Assembly (NCBI GenBank): GCA_030427825.1
Contig: JAUICO010000001.1
Span: 30,293 to 94,292, forward strand
Source: a bacterium
GTDB lineage: Bacteria; Myxococcota_A; Bradymonadia; REDH01
Length of the DNA stretch: 64,000 bases
Direction: 5' to 3'
The position numbers and the translations under genes were made by a program. Position 1 is the first letter of the stretch, and the number at the start of each line of letters is the position of its first letter. The notes beneath the pieces were generated by a model. That model was not told the origin of the DNA, searched no databases, and saw only the letters and a list, made by a program, of their open reading frames with translations. Of this stretch, positions 49,159 to 57,506 are shown in pieces.

Positions 49159-49758
49159 ATGCTGCGCGACCCGCAGTCAGCGGGAGGCGCGAACAATGCT
49201 GCGGAGAAGGTGCGCGAAGCCGAGCTGGTTCGCCGGGTGAAGGCGGGCGGCGAAGACGCGAAGGTTGCGTTTCGCGAACTGGTTGAGATGCATCAGAGCT
49301 GGCTGGTGTACTTCTTGAGCTGCCTGGTCGGTAACGTGGCGGACGCTGAGGACGTCGCGCAGGACGTGATGGTGCGGGCGTACATGGCGATCGATCGTTT
49401 TCGAGGCGACGCGCGATTCAAGACCTGGCTGCGTCGCATCGCCATGAATCAGGCTTTCAACCACCGGCGGTCGAAGAAGCGGCGACCCACAACATCACTC
49501 GACAACGAGTCGATGGACGTTGCCTACAACGACACGGGTGCCGCCGGGGTTGTAGAGCGCGAAGTGCTGACCGTAGTGATGGCCGAGCTGCCCTATGTCT
49601 CGCGCGAGATTCTGCTGCTGCATCACGTCGAAGAGATGCCACTGAAGGAGATCTCGGAGCACCTCGACATCGGGCTGTCCGCGGCGAAGATGCGCCTCAA
49701 GCGTGCGAGGGAGCACTTCGGCGAGATCCATGAACGCCACACCGGAGCAGAGACGTGA
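49159..49758 (+). CDS. ECF-type RNA polymerase sigma-70 factor
   Basis: Region 2 (VREAELVRRVKAGGEDA...LVYFL...AEDVAQDVMVRAY...RFKTWL) and region 4 (EILLLHHVEEMPLKEISEHLDIGLSAAKMRLKRAR). Start at the in-frame ATG at 49159. The ORF-track upstream extension is unlikely to be real. Confidence 0.8.
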   Translation: MLRDPQSAGGANNAAEKVREAELVRRVKAGGEDAKVAFRELVEMHQSWLVYFLSCLVGNVADAEDVAQDVMVRAYMAIDRFRGDARFKTWLRRIAMNQAFNHRRSKKRRPTTSLDNESMDVAYNDTGAAGVVEREVLTVVMAELPYVSREILLLHHVEEMPLKEISEHLDIGLSAAKMRLKRAREHFGEIHERHTGAET

Positions 49759-50012
49759 CAGAGGGTGACGACGAGCGCGACTTCGCCATACGGCGCATGT
49801 TCGATGCAGTACGTGAGGGCCTCGCCGGTCTGGTCACGAACCTCGCGGACCGCGTTGATCGCGAGATTCGCAGTCTTGATCCGGAAGAACGGCACCAGGC
49901 ACCCGGCGCCGACCACGTGCTTCGCTCGTCGATTATTCAGGCTATCAATGTGCTGACGGGCTTCATGGCACGCGGCGGAAAAAACACCGGAGAGGAAGAC
50001 GATGCTGGCTGA
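49755..50012 (+). CDS. small acidic protein translationally coupled to the ECF sigma gene; candidate anti-sigma or regulatory partner
   Basis: GTGA start/stop overlap with the sigma gene. 85 aa with no TM segment and no ZAS (zinc-binding anti-sigma) motif. The call rests on position alone. Confidence 0.35.
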   Translation: MTEGDDERDFAIRRMFDAVREGLAGLVTNLADRVDREIRSLDPEERHQAPGADHVLRSSIIQAINVLTGFMARGGKNTGEEDDAG

Positions 50013-50859
50013 GCTGAACCTGGAACCGTTTCGAGACTTCTGGGATCAAATCGTCGAGAGCGTCCCGGACATTCTCCAGTTTCTACTGATCGTCGTCGTC
50101 GGACTGCTCTTTGCGTTTGTCGCGGGACGCGTCGTCCGCGGCATCGCGCGAAGTTCGGGGCTGGAGGCTCGCCTGGAGCAGATCGGCTCCGGGCAGCTGC
50201 TCTATCGCATAGGATATCGGCGAGGATCCGCGACGCTCGTGGGCTCGATCGTCTTCTGGATGATCGCCCTGGTGACGACCATCGCCGCACTTGATTCGAT
50301 TGGAGCGACGTCTATCGCCGACGGATTCCGGGCGATGGTGGCGTTCATTCCGCGGCTGGTCGCCGCGGGCGTGTTTCTGCTGGTCGGGCTCTGGGGCGCG
50401 GACATGGTCCGCAAGCTCGTGGTCGGACTCACTGGCGAAAAGTCCGCGCTTGAGGCGCCCGGTCTCGTAGCGAACATTCTCTATTACGTCGTCACAGCGG
50501 TCACCATTGCGCTTGCCCTCGATCAGCTGGGTTTGGCGACCGACATCGTAAACGGCATTATTCAGGTGTTGATCGGCTGTGCGGCATTTGGCCTCGCGCT
50601 GTCGATGGCATTCGGCTCCAAAGAGACCATGTCGAACGTCATCGCGCGCACGTACATCGCGCGCCAGTATCAGGCAGGAGACGTAGTTCAGCTCGAGGAC
50701 GGGCGCTCCGGCGTCGTCAAGGCCCACAGCCCGATTACGATGGTGTTGCGGGTCGATGGTGGCGAGCTGACGGTTCCCTACACGCGAGTACTCCGGGAGG
50801 TGATTCGCGTGGAGCCTGTAGATGCCGGGGGTATTGGCGGGGATTCGACGGATTCCTGA
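50002..50859 (+). CDS. MscS-like small mechanosensitive-channel family membrane protein
   Basis: Five hydrophobic helices. C-terminal MscS-type beta-domain AGDVVQLEDGRSGVVKAHSPITMVLRVDGGELTVPYTRVL. 11-nt overlap with the upstream small gene. Confidence 0.5.
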   Translation: MLAELNLEPFRDFWDQIVESVPDILQFLLIVVVGLLFAFVAGRVVRGIARSSGLEARLEQIGSGQLLYRIGYRRGSATLVGSIVFWMIALVTTIAALDSIGATSIADGFRAMVAFIPRLVAAGVFLLVGLWGADMVRKLVVGLTGEKSALEAPGLVANILYYVVTAVTIALALDQLGLATDIVNGIIQVLIGCAAFGLALSMAFGSKETMSNVIARTYIARQYQAGDVVQLEDGRSGVVKAHSPITMVLRVDGGELTVPYTRVLREVIRVEPVDAGGIGGDSTDS

Positions 50860-50906
50860 GGCCGCAGCGGTGGCGTCACGGGTCGGTAACTCTTGCGGCC
50901 TCGGTG

Positions 50907-50951
50907 TCTCAGGGAATCAGGGTCTCAGGGAATCAGGGTCTCAGGGTCTCG
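50907..50951. repeat. tandem direct repeat, 2.6 copies of a 16-nt unit (TCTCAGGGAATCAGGG)
   Basis: tctcagggaatcaggg tctcagggaatcaggg tctcagggtctcg. Spans the stop codon and 3' end of the lipoprotein gene (50933..51496), in the convergent intergenic region. Confidence 0.55.
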
Positions 50952-51496
50952 ATGCAGCAATCTGCGACCACACTGACCTCGTCGTAGAGTAGCAGCCCAT
51001 CGCGGTCTTCGACCAGGATAGAGAGTCGCAGGGTCTCTCCGTCAAGGGACGCCGGGTCTACCCAGTCACCGATGAATACGGTCGCCGACAGATACTCCCA
51101 CGGCTCGTCATCGCCTTCGAAGTTGTCGATGTAGCCTACATGTCCGACAAGCTCGTCGCCCAGGCGGATGTCGAAGTTCATCGTGAAGAAACGGGGCTGA
51201 AACCCGGCACCGCGCCAGGCGCCGGTGATGTGGTAGCCGCCCTGCGGGCCACGGATGACATCGACGCTGTCGCCGTCGTGCAGGGCGACAAAGGTCGACT
51301 CGCCGCCGCCAACCTCAATCCACGCGGAGCCAACTTCAGAGGGGACGTCGCCCGGGATGTCAGCGGTGACGTCAAAGGCGTCGCGGTGGGTGTCGATACC
51401 CACATCGTCGCCCGCGTCGCTCCCGTTGTTGCCGCCGCCGCAGCCGGCCAGGCAGGCGGCGAAGAGCGCAGCGGCCGCGAGCGAGGGGGGGTTCAT
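50933..51496 (-). CDS. secreted lipoprotein, paralog of 60034..60627, unknown function
   Basis: Lipobox LFAACLAGC. Shared block ALHDGDSVDVIRGPQGGYHITGA with 60034..60627 (ALDDGDSIVVHGGFQGGQHINIA). ATGA-type overlap with the upstream S1 protease gene. Confidence 0.55.
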   Translation of the reverse strand: MNPPSLAAAALFAACLAGCGGGNNGSDAGDDVGIDTHRDAFDVTADIPGDVPSEVGSAWIEVGGGESTFVALHDGDSVDVIRGPQGGYHITGAWRGAGFQPRFFTMNFDIRLGDELVGHVGYIDNFEGDDEPWEYLSATVFIGDWVDPASLDGETLRLSILVEDRDGLLLYDEVSVVADCCIETLRP

Positions 51497-53061
51497 CGTC
51501 GTCGGCGTAGTCCGAACAGGACGCCGAAGACGAGGATGGCCGGCAGGCTCGCCGGCGCGCCGGCGGTCGAGCAGTCTTCGGTGCCCGAGCCGTCATCCGT
51601 GCCTTCACCGCCGGTATCATCGCCGCCTGCGTCGCTCTCGCCACCGCCTGCGTCGCTTCCGCCGGTGTCGCCACCGCCTTCGTTGGGACACGAGCCGTCC
51701 GGGTTGCAGCTGGTGACGTCGCCGCCGCACCCGAAGACCAGCGCTTCGCCGTCGTTGCAGTCCGGGTCCCATGCGCCGCAATCGCAGTCGCAGCCGTCGT
51801 TCGCGTTCCATGCGCCCGGGTTGCAGCTCCAGCCGGCGGGTGCGCCGCCGAGCTCGACGCACTCGTCGTTCACGCACGTCTCGCCCGCGTCGCAGTTGTA
51901 GACTTCCTGGCCCGAAATCACGCAGTCCGGGTCGATCGCGCCGCACCGGCAGTCGCAACCATCGCGGGTTCCGTAGTAGCTGAGGTCGCAGGTCCACTCG
52001 GCGGGCACTTCGCCGCCGCCGCCGCCTTCGCAGTCATCGGGACAGGAGTCTATATCTTCGCCGGAAGAGCAGGTTCCGTCGCCGCACTCTGCCTCAATAT
52101 TGCAGAGGCGCTCGCTGGGATATCCCTGGTCGCAGAGGTCGCTGATCGCGTTCATGGCGTAGGAGATCCCTTCGCCGCCGACGCCGGTCGTCGGCAGGGT
52201 GTTCACGACGCGGCAGTTGCCGTTCCAGGCGTAGTCCTGGTCGCCGCGAACGAGGATGCCGACGACTTCGTTGTCGTCATTGAAGACTCCCGAGCCGGAG
52301 TTTCCACCGAAGGTGTCCGTGGTTGCTGAGAAGTAGTCGAGCGTGCCCGAGCGGCCATCGATGACTTCGCCACCGTCGTCGATCTTCGCCGGCAGCCCGC
52401 TGCCGAAGCCGATCACCGTCACCGAATCTCCCGGGTTCAGCGCGTTGGTGTCCTGGCTGACCACTGCGGGCTGGTGGTGCGGCGTCGCGGGACGGTCGAG
52501 CCGGAAGATCGCGTAGTCGTGCTCCTCGCCGTTGCCGCCACCGAAGCCGCCGCCCGAGACACGCTGAACAATGATCTCGGCGCAGGAGTATACATCGTCC
52601 GACGTCATCGTGGTCAGGTTGTCGGCGTCCTCCATGTAGTAGTTGAACGCAAAGAGGTGGTTGTTGCACGCGGAGTTGCTGGACATGCAATGCCCGGCCG
52701 TCAGGACGAGGTCATCGTCGATGAGCGTCGCCGAACAGTCGGCGGCGGTGGGCTGGTCGGCGAAGCGCTCGCTGGAGCACACCCCGGTAGACTGGCTGAG
52801 TGTACCGCCCACAACTCGAATGTCGTTCGGATCGCTGCGATCTAGGTCTCCGCGCTCGAAAAAAGCGACGATCGCGTTCGCGGTGAGGTCGCGCAGGTCC
52901 TGATCAGCATGGTCGTAATGGTCGCGTCGGTCGTCGTCGCCGTACACCACCGCCTGCGTTGTAGTGGCGGTTGCGCCGTCGTCGGGCGCGGTTGAGGTAC
53001 AGGCCTGTACGCCTGTTAGAATCACACAGATGGCGGCGAATTGCCTCGCAAACTTGCTCAC
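51493..53061 (-). CDS. secreted trypsin-like (S1) serine protease with Cys-rich extension and MYXO-CTERM-like sorting signal
   Basis: His-site motif LTAGHC, Ser-site GGNSGSGVF. Cys-rich middle region (CDLSYYGTRDGCDCRCGAIDPDC). C-terminal Gly/Asp-rich stretch, then CSTAGAPASLPAILVFGVLFGLRRRR. Confidence 0.75.
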   Translation of the reverse strand: MSKFARQFAAICVILTGVQACTSTAPDDGATATTTQAVVYGDDDRRDHYDHADQDLRDLTANAIVAFFERGDLDRSDPNDIRVVGGTLSQSTGVCSSERFADQPTAADCSATLIDDDLVLTAGHCMSSNSACNNHLFAFNYYMEDADNLTTMTSDDVYSCAEIIVQRVSGGGFGGGNGEEHDYAIFRLDRPATPHHQPAVVSQDTNALNPGDSVTVIGFGSGLPAKIDDGGEVIDGRSGTLDYFSATTDTFGGNSGSGVFNDDNEVVGILVRGDQDYAWNGNCRVVNTLPTTGVGGEGISYAMNAISDLCDQGYPSERLCNIEAECGDGTCSSGEDIDSCPDDCEGGGGGEVPAEWTCDLSYYGTRDGCDCRCGAIDPDCVISGQEVYNCDAGETCVNDECVELGGAPAGWSCNPGAWNANDGCDCDCGAWDPDCNDGEALVFGCGGDVTSCNPDGSCPNEGGGDTGGSDAGGGESDAGGDDTGGEGTDDGSGTEDCSTAGAPASLPAILVFGVLFGLRRRR

Positions 53062-53261
53062 GGTGCTGCTCCTTTTTCGGCGTGAGGGGGACGCCCACGC
53101 CGATGTGAAGCCGGCATGCTAGTGATGGACACCGTCCGCATCAAGGCATCCTGTAGCCGCTTGCGGCCGCCGTCTCTGCCACGGCGGAATCCGGCACGCG
53201 CGCCTTGAACCGGCAGGCAGGCTTCTCTATCAAGCGCGCGGCTCCAACCCGAGGCTGATTC

Positions 53262-53831
53262 GTGGAATTCACTCTGAAAGGCGCAACCGTCCGTCTGGTA
53301 CGCGGCGATATTACGACCATCGAAACCGACGTGATCGTCAATGCTGCGAACTCCGCCCTTGTCGGTGGGGGCGGCGTTGATGGGGCGATCCACCGTGTCG
53401 GGGGCCCTGAGATCCTGAAAGAATGCCGCGCCTGGGTCGCCGAGCACGGCAAGCTGCCGCGAGGTCGTGTCATGTCGACCACAGCCGGTGCGCTGCCTGC
53501 GAAGGTGCTCTTCCACACCGTCGGTCCGGTCTGGCAGGGCGGAAACCACGGCGAGTTCACAGTGCTGGAGTCGTGCTACGCCCGCTCTCTGGCGCTGGCC
53601 GCCGAGCTGGGCCACCGTCGCATCGCTTTTCCCGCGATCAGCACCGGTGTCTACGGGTTTCCCATTGATCGAGCGGCCTATGTCGCGACGATGACCTGCC
53701 GTCGCTTCATCGTCGAAGAGGAAGGCAAAATCGACGACATTCAGCTGGTCGTGTATTCTGCGCAGGACCTTGCGGCGTGGGAAGTCGTGTTTGAAGATAT
53801 GGTTGCCACGATGACCGGTGACCCGACCTGA
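53262..53831 (+). CDS. macro-domain protein (O-acetyl-ADP-ribose deacetylase, MacroD/YmdB-type)
   Basis: VRLVRGDITTIETDVIVNAANSALVGGGGVDGAIHRVGG...AFPAISTGVYGFP. GTG start. Confidence 0.85.
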   Translation: MEFTLKGATVRLVRGDITTIETDVIVNAANSALVGGGGVDGAIHRVGGPEILKECRAWVAEHGKLPRGRVMSTTAGALPAKVLFHTVGPVWQGGNHGEFTVLESCYARSLALAAELGHRRIAFPAISTGVYGFPIDRAAYVATMTCRRFIVEEEGKIDDIQLVVYSAQDLAAWEVVFEDMVATMTGDPT

Positions 53832-53910
53832 GCTGCCCGCTTCGGCGGGTTGAGAACACTGTGCGGGAACCGCACCGTACGAGAACAACACTCTAACGGA
53901 GAAACGACCG

Positions 53911-54744
53911 ATGAAACTGAAACTGCTTGTATCCATCGCAGCGCTCCTCGTTGCTACTGCGTGTTCACGCACGGCACCGCGCGACACCGGTACAGAAAAC
54001 GTCGAGCCCACCGGCGAGGAGCAGCAGTCGCAGGCGCCCGCCGGTGAGATCACAGAGCTGGGCGTTGAAGCCGTAGCGACCGGTCTCGAAGCAGGCACTC
54101 TGATCGCCGTGGACGCGAACGGCGACGACGCCCGCGGACATTTCGGCAGCATCCCGAACTCCATCCTCCTGACGACCTACGACTCCTACGCGGAATCTGA
54201 GCTGCCCACCGGGTACGCGACGCACCTCGTCTTTTACTGTTCGAACGAGGCCTGCTCCGCAGCTCCCGCTGCCGCCGCACGCGCACAGGAGTTCGGCTAT
54301 CAGAACGTCTCCGTGATGCATGCGGGCATCATGGGCTGGCAGTCTGCCGGCATGGACACCGTCTCGGTGGACGTACCGGAGGCAGAAGCAGCCGCAGAGG
54401 ACGCATGGATGGACGCGGTCGCAGACATCGATGTCACCCCGGCAGAAGTCCACGAGATGATCGCCGCCGGCGCTGCTATCGTCTGTGACACCAACCGTGC
54501 ATCCACCCGCACTGAGTTCGGCATGGTCCCCGGTGCTCTCGCCCTGACCGGCGCCGAATTCGCGGTCGACGAGCTCCCGGAGGACACCTCATCAACCCTC
54601 GTCTTCTACTGCGGCGGCAGCCGGTGCCAGTCCGCACCCCGCGCCGCCGCCCGCGCCATCGAGCACGGCTACACAAACGTAGCGGTGATGCGCGAAGGCA
54701 TCCGCGGATGGATCGCCGAAGGCTACGACGTTCAGGCGCCCTGA
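53911..54744 (+). CDS. tandem-rhodanese-domain lipoprotein (sulfurtransferase-like)
   Basis: Lipobox LLVATAC. Two rhodanese modules, each with an active-site Cys loop (LVFYCSNEACSAAPAAA and LVFYCGGSRCQSAPRAA). Confidence 0.8.
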   Translation: MKLKLLVSIAALLVATACSRTAPRDTGTENVEPTGEEQQSQAPAGEITELGVEAVATGLEAGTLIAVDANGDDARGHFGSIPNSILLTTYDSYAESELPTGYATHLVFYCSNEACSAAPAAAARAQEFGYQNVSVMHAGIMGWQSAGMDTVSVDVPEAEAAAEDAWMDAVADIDVTPAEVHEMIAAGAAIVCDTNRASTRTEFGMVPGALALTGAEFAVDELPEDTSSTLVFYCGGSRCQSAPRAAARAIEHGYTNVAVMREGIRGWIAEGYDVQAP

Positions 54745-54879
54745 TGTGAGGTGTGCGAGGGCCGCTTGCTTCGCAATCAGTCTCGCACCACCGCCCCGTA
54801 CCACTCCATCGCAAGGCGACATCCTTGACGGCTCGGCGACGGGTGATGACCATCTGCTCGGACACGTGCAGGAGTGGTT

Positions 54880-55131
54880 ATGCCCGGACAGACAGACACC
54901 CGCGATGTGGAGCCGGAGCTTCTCGACGAAGACGAGAGCGGCTTTCAGCGTATTGAAGACACCCTTCGGAGCGCGCTTGGGCGGCTGAGGCATCCGATCG
55001 AGGGTCCCAGCGAGGGTGACGATGGGAGCGCTGTGGCCGACGCTGTGGCCGAGAATCCGGGGATCGCGCTCCTTGGGGCCGCGGCCATCGGTTGGTTCGC
55101 CGGCAGGGTGATTCGGAGGATTCTTCCATGA
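54880..55131 (+). CDS. DUF883 (ElaB/YqjD-like) C-tail-anchored membrane protein
   Basis: C-terminus AENPGIALLGAAAIGWFAGRVIRR matches the family motif NPW.x.G.AA.G.L.GLLL.RR. GGAG SD precedes the ATG at 54880. Confidence 0.6.
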   Translation: MPGQTDTRDVEPELLDEDESGFQRIEDTLRSALGRLRHPIEGPSEGDDGSAVADAVAENPGIALLGAAAIGWFAGRVIRRILP

Positions 55132-55445
55132 GCACGACGCCAATCGAATGGGTGCGGAAGTACCCGCTTACCGCGCTCGCAGCGGCCTTTGCCGGTGGCG
55201 TATCTGCGGGTGTAGGCGCGGGCGGACTGGTGATCGGTACCGCAGTGAAGCTCGTCAAATCTGAGCCGGCGCGTGAGCTGGTCAACGCTGCCTGGCCGAT
55301 CGCTAAGAAGGCCGCTCTCGATTCGGTGAAGCTCTCTGCGAGCGCAGCCGCTGCCCGGGCTGTCTCGCAGGTTCGGAGCGCGGTGATGCGTGAAGACGAA
55401 GGCGACGAAGAGGGCCACGGGGAAGAAGAGTACTCCGAGGTCTGA
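55128..55445 (+). CDS. small membrane protein co-transcribed with the DUF883 gene (possible YqjE-type partner)
   Basis: ATGA overlap with the upstream gene. GGAGGA SD 7 nt upstream. One hydrophobic Gly/Ala-rich helix and an acidic C-terminus. Confidence 0.45.
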   Translation: MSTTPIEWVRKYPLTALAAAFAGGVSAGVGAGGLVIGTAVKLVKSEPARELVNAAWPIAKKAALDSVKLSASAAAARAVSQVRSAVMREDEGDEEGHGEEEYSEV

Positions 55446-55455
55446 AGGGCGACTC

Positions 55456-56499
55456 TCAGCGCATCTGGTAGGCGAAGCCCGGTCCACGCAGCACGATCTC
55501 GGCGGCTTCGAGCACCTGATCGGGCAGCAGCACTTCGACTCTCTGCCAGGTCGACGAGTCGCAATCATCCCGATGCTCGCTGCGTCGTAGCCACACCTCG
55601 GCACGATCACCGCGAATCCGGTACTGTGCGCCGAATTGCTGGTCTACGCACCCACCACGCCACTCTGCCCGTACCAGCAGGACGTGGCCGATGAGGACGG
55701 GGCGCACCATCTCCCAGGTGCGGTGTACCGACCAGGCGCCGCCATAATCTCGATGTTCGGATTCGGTCGCAGCAACCGCCGAGTTGCTGCGAATGTTGTC
55801 GGTGATGAATTCGGCGTGATCCACCTCAAGGAAGTAGTCGAACACGCCTTCATCCTGTGGGTCTTCGTAGCGCCGCCAGGTGCCTTCAAAGCCGTAGTAT
55901 TGTCGGACCGGGATGGGGTCGCAGGTCTGCTCGCATTCGGTCCCGGCACACCCGCTGCCGCCGGGAAAACGCAGCGCGATGGCTGAGATGTCGAAGGTGT
56001 CCCCGTCGGTTGTTGTACGCATGCCGACAAGACACCCGTTCGCCGCGTTTGAGAAGCGCGATACGCCGAGGTGTGTGGTGCATTCGTGGCAGCACTCCTC
56101 CTGCTCGCAGCGCCCGCCTTCGCAGTCCATCATCATGCAGCGCGTCGTGAATCCCTCGACGCGAACCCGCTCATTCACGTGTCGGTTTCTGCCCGTGACC
56201 GAAATCAAATCGGCGATTTCAAGCGTAGGGATCGTGGGCGGCGCCGTCGCTGCGGGTTGCGTCAGAGTAGGTGTCTGCGAAGACGCTGCCCGGGTCTGTG
56301 TGTCTTGTGTATCGTCGGCCCTGTCGTCACCCGTCGGGCCGCGTTGTGTGCTTCGGCTATCGTGGGTCTGTGGCCGCTCGCCGTCGCCACCGGTGCGTGT
56401 TGAGCCGCATCGGAAGCCGGTGAAACACAGGACAAAAGAAGCCAGCGTCGCGATGGCGATACGATGCAAACATGTGCCGGCTACGCTCGGCGTGGTCAT
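55456..56499 (-). CDS. secreted Cys-rich hypothetical protein
   Basis: N-terminal hydrophobic signal-like segment. CEGGRCEQEECCHEC cluster. 1-nt TGATG overlap with the upstream alpha/beta-hydrolase gene. Confidence 0.5.
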   Translation of the reverse strand: MTTPSVAGTCLHRIAIATLASFVLCFTGFRCGSTRTGGDGERPQTHDSRSTQRGPTGDDRADDTQDTQTRAASSQTPTLTQPAATAPPTIPTLEIADLISVTGRNRHVNERVRVEGFTTRCMMMDCEGGRCEQEECCHECTTHLGVSRFSNAANGCLVGMRTTTDGDTFDISAIALRFPGGSGCAGTECEQTCDPIPVRQYYGFEGTWRRYEDPQDEGVFDYFLEVDHAEFITDNIRSNSAVAATESEHRDYGGAWSVHRTWEMVRPVLIGHVLLVRAEWRGGCVDQQFGAQYRIRGDRAEVWLRRSEHRDDCDSSTWQRVEVLLPDQVLEAAEIVLRGPGFAYQMR

Positions 56500-57395
56500 C
56501 AGATGCGTCCCGCGACATCGCGAATCGCCGCCGCGATCTCGGCGGGGACTTCCTCCTGCAGGAAGTGCCCGGCCCGGGTTCGTGTGACGGGGGCGTTGGG
56601 CAGCAGGCGTTCCATACGACCGCGCGCGCGTCCGAGTACAGGATCCGCGTCGCCCCAGACAATGGCCGCCGGCCCCTCGAAGCCACGCACAAATTCTCCC
56701 AATCGAGAGAGTGCAGGGATGGAGAAATGGGTCTGCGATGATGGGACCATGCGGGCCAGCGCCAGGGGCGCCGTGCGGTCGCCGAATCTACGCAGCGGCC
56801 AGGTGTACGCGCGGCGGGTTCGTCCGCGAATGCTGCTGCGGTCGCCCTGCGCAGGCCACAGCGCCCGCTGCGGAAATCCGCCCACGCGAAAGGCAATGTC
56901 ACTGATCATGGGCATCGCCGCGAACTTGTGGAACGCGGTCGGCCGAAAGCCCTCGCGCGGCCGATCCATGACCGAGTTCAGCATGACCATTCCGGCCAGT
57001 CGATCGGCGCGATCGGCAAACGCAAGGCCGCCGATGGGGCCACCCCAGTCCTGGCCGACGAAGATGGCGCCGTCGATGTCGAGGGCGTCGATGGCGGCGC
57101 CCACCCAGGCTGCGTGGTTTTCGACGGTGTGCAGGCCGCCGTCTCCGGGTTTGTCGGAGAGGCCGAGCCCGATCAGGTCGGGAAGCACAATCCGAAAGCT
57201 CTCGCCGGAGAGCTCCCGCACCACTTTTCGATACAGGAAGCCCCAGGTCGGGTTGCCGTGCTGCATCAGAACGGGTCGTCCGCTACCGATCTCCATGACG
57301 TGCATCGCGTAGCCGCCAACATCGATGGTGTATCGCTCGAAGGGTACTTCGAGATTGAGCCAGTCGGGCAGGGCGGGAGCCGGGGAACGTTGCAT
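56499..57395 (-). CDS. alpha/beta-fold hydrolase (haloalkane-dehalogenase / epoxide-hydrolase-like)
   Basis: HGNPTWGFLYR, LPDLIGLGLSDKP, nucleophile elbow GQDWGG, and a C-terminal AGHFLQEE acid/His region. Confidence 0.75.
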   Translation of the reverse strand: MQRSPAPALPDWLNLEVPFERYTIDVGGYAMHVMEIGSGRPVLMQHGNPTWGFLYRKVVRELSGESFRIVLPDLIGLGLSDKPGDGGLHTVENHAAWVGAAIDALDIDGAIFVGQDWGGPIGGLAFADRADRLAGMVMLNSVMDRPREGFRPTAFHKFAAMPMISDIAFRVGGFPQRALWPAQGDRSSIRGRTRRAYTWPLRRFGDRTAPLALARMVPSSQTHFSIPALSRLGEFVRGFEGPAAIVWGDADPVLGRARGRMERLLPNAPVTRTRAGHFLQEEVPAEIAAAIRDVAGRI

Positions 57396-57506
57396 GTGGG
57401 TGCCTGCGTTGAGTGTGAACTCCGCGACGCGATCCGCATCGCCTTCGCTTCTCTAACGGGTCCGGTGACGGGCGGCCAGCGATGCTCGGCTGCGCATCTG
57501 TCGCCG

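Noticed and set aside
54592-55143. 183-aa minus-strand ORF overlapping the DUF883 gene pair
   Set aside because: The two plus-strand small genes have SD sequences, ATGA coupling and a family-specific C-terminal anchor. The antisense ORF has none.
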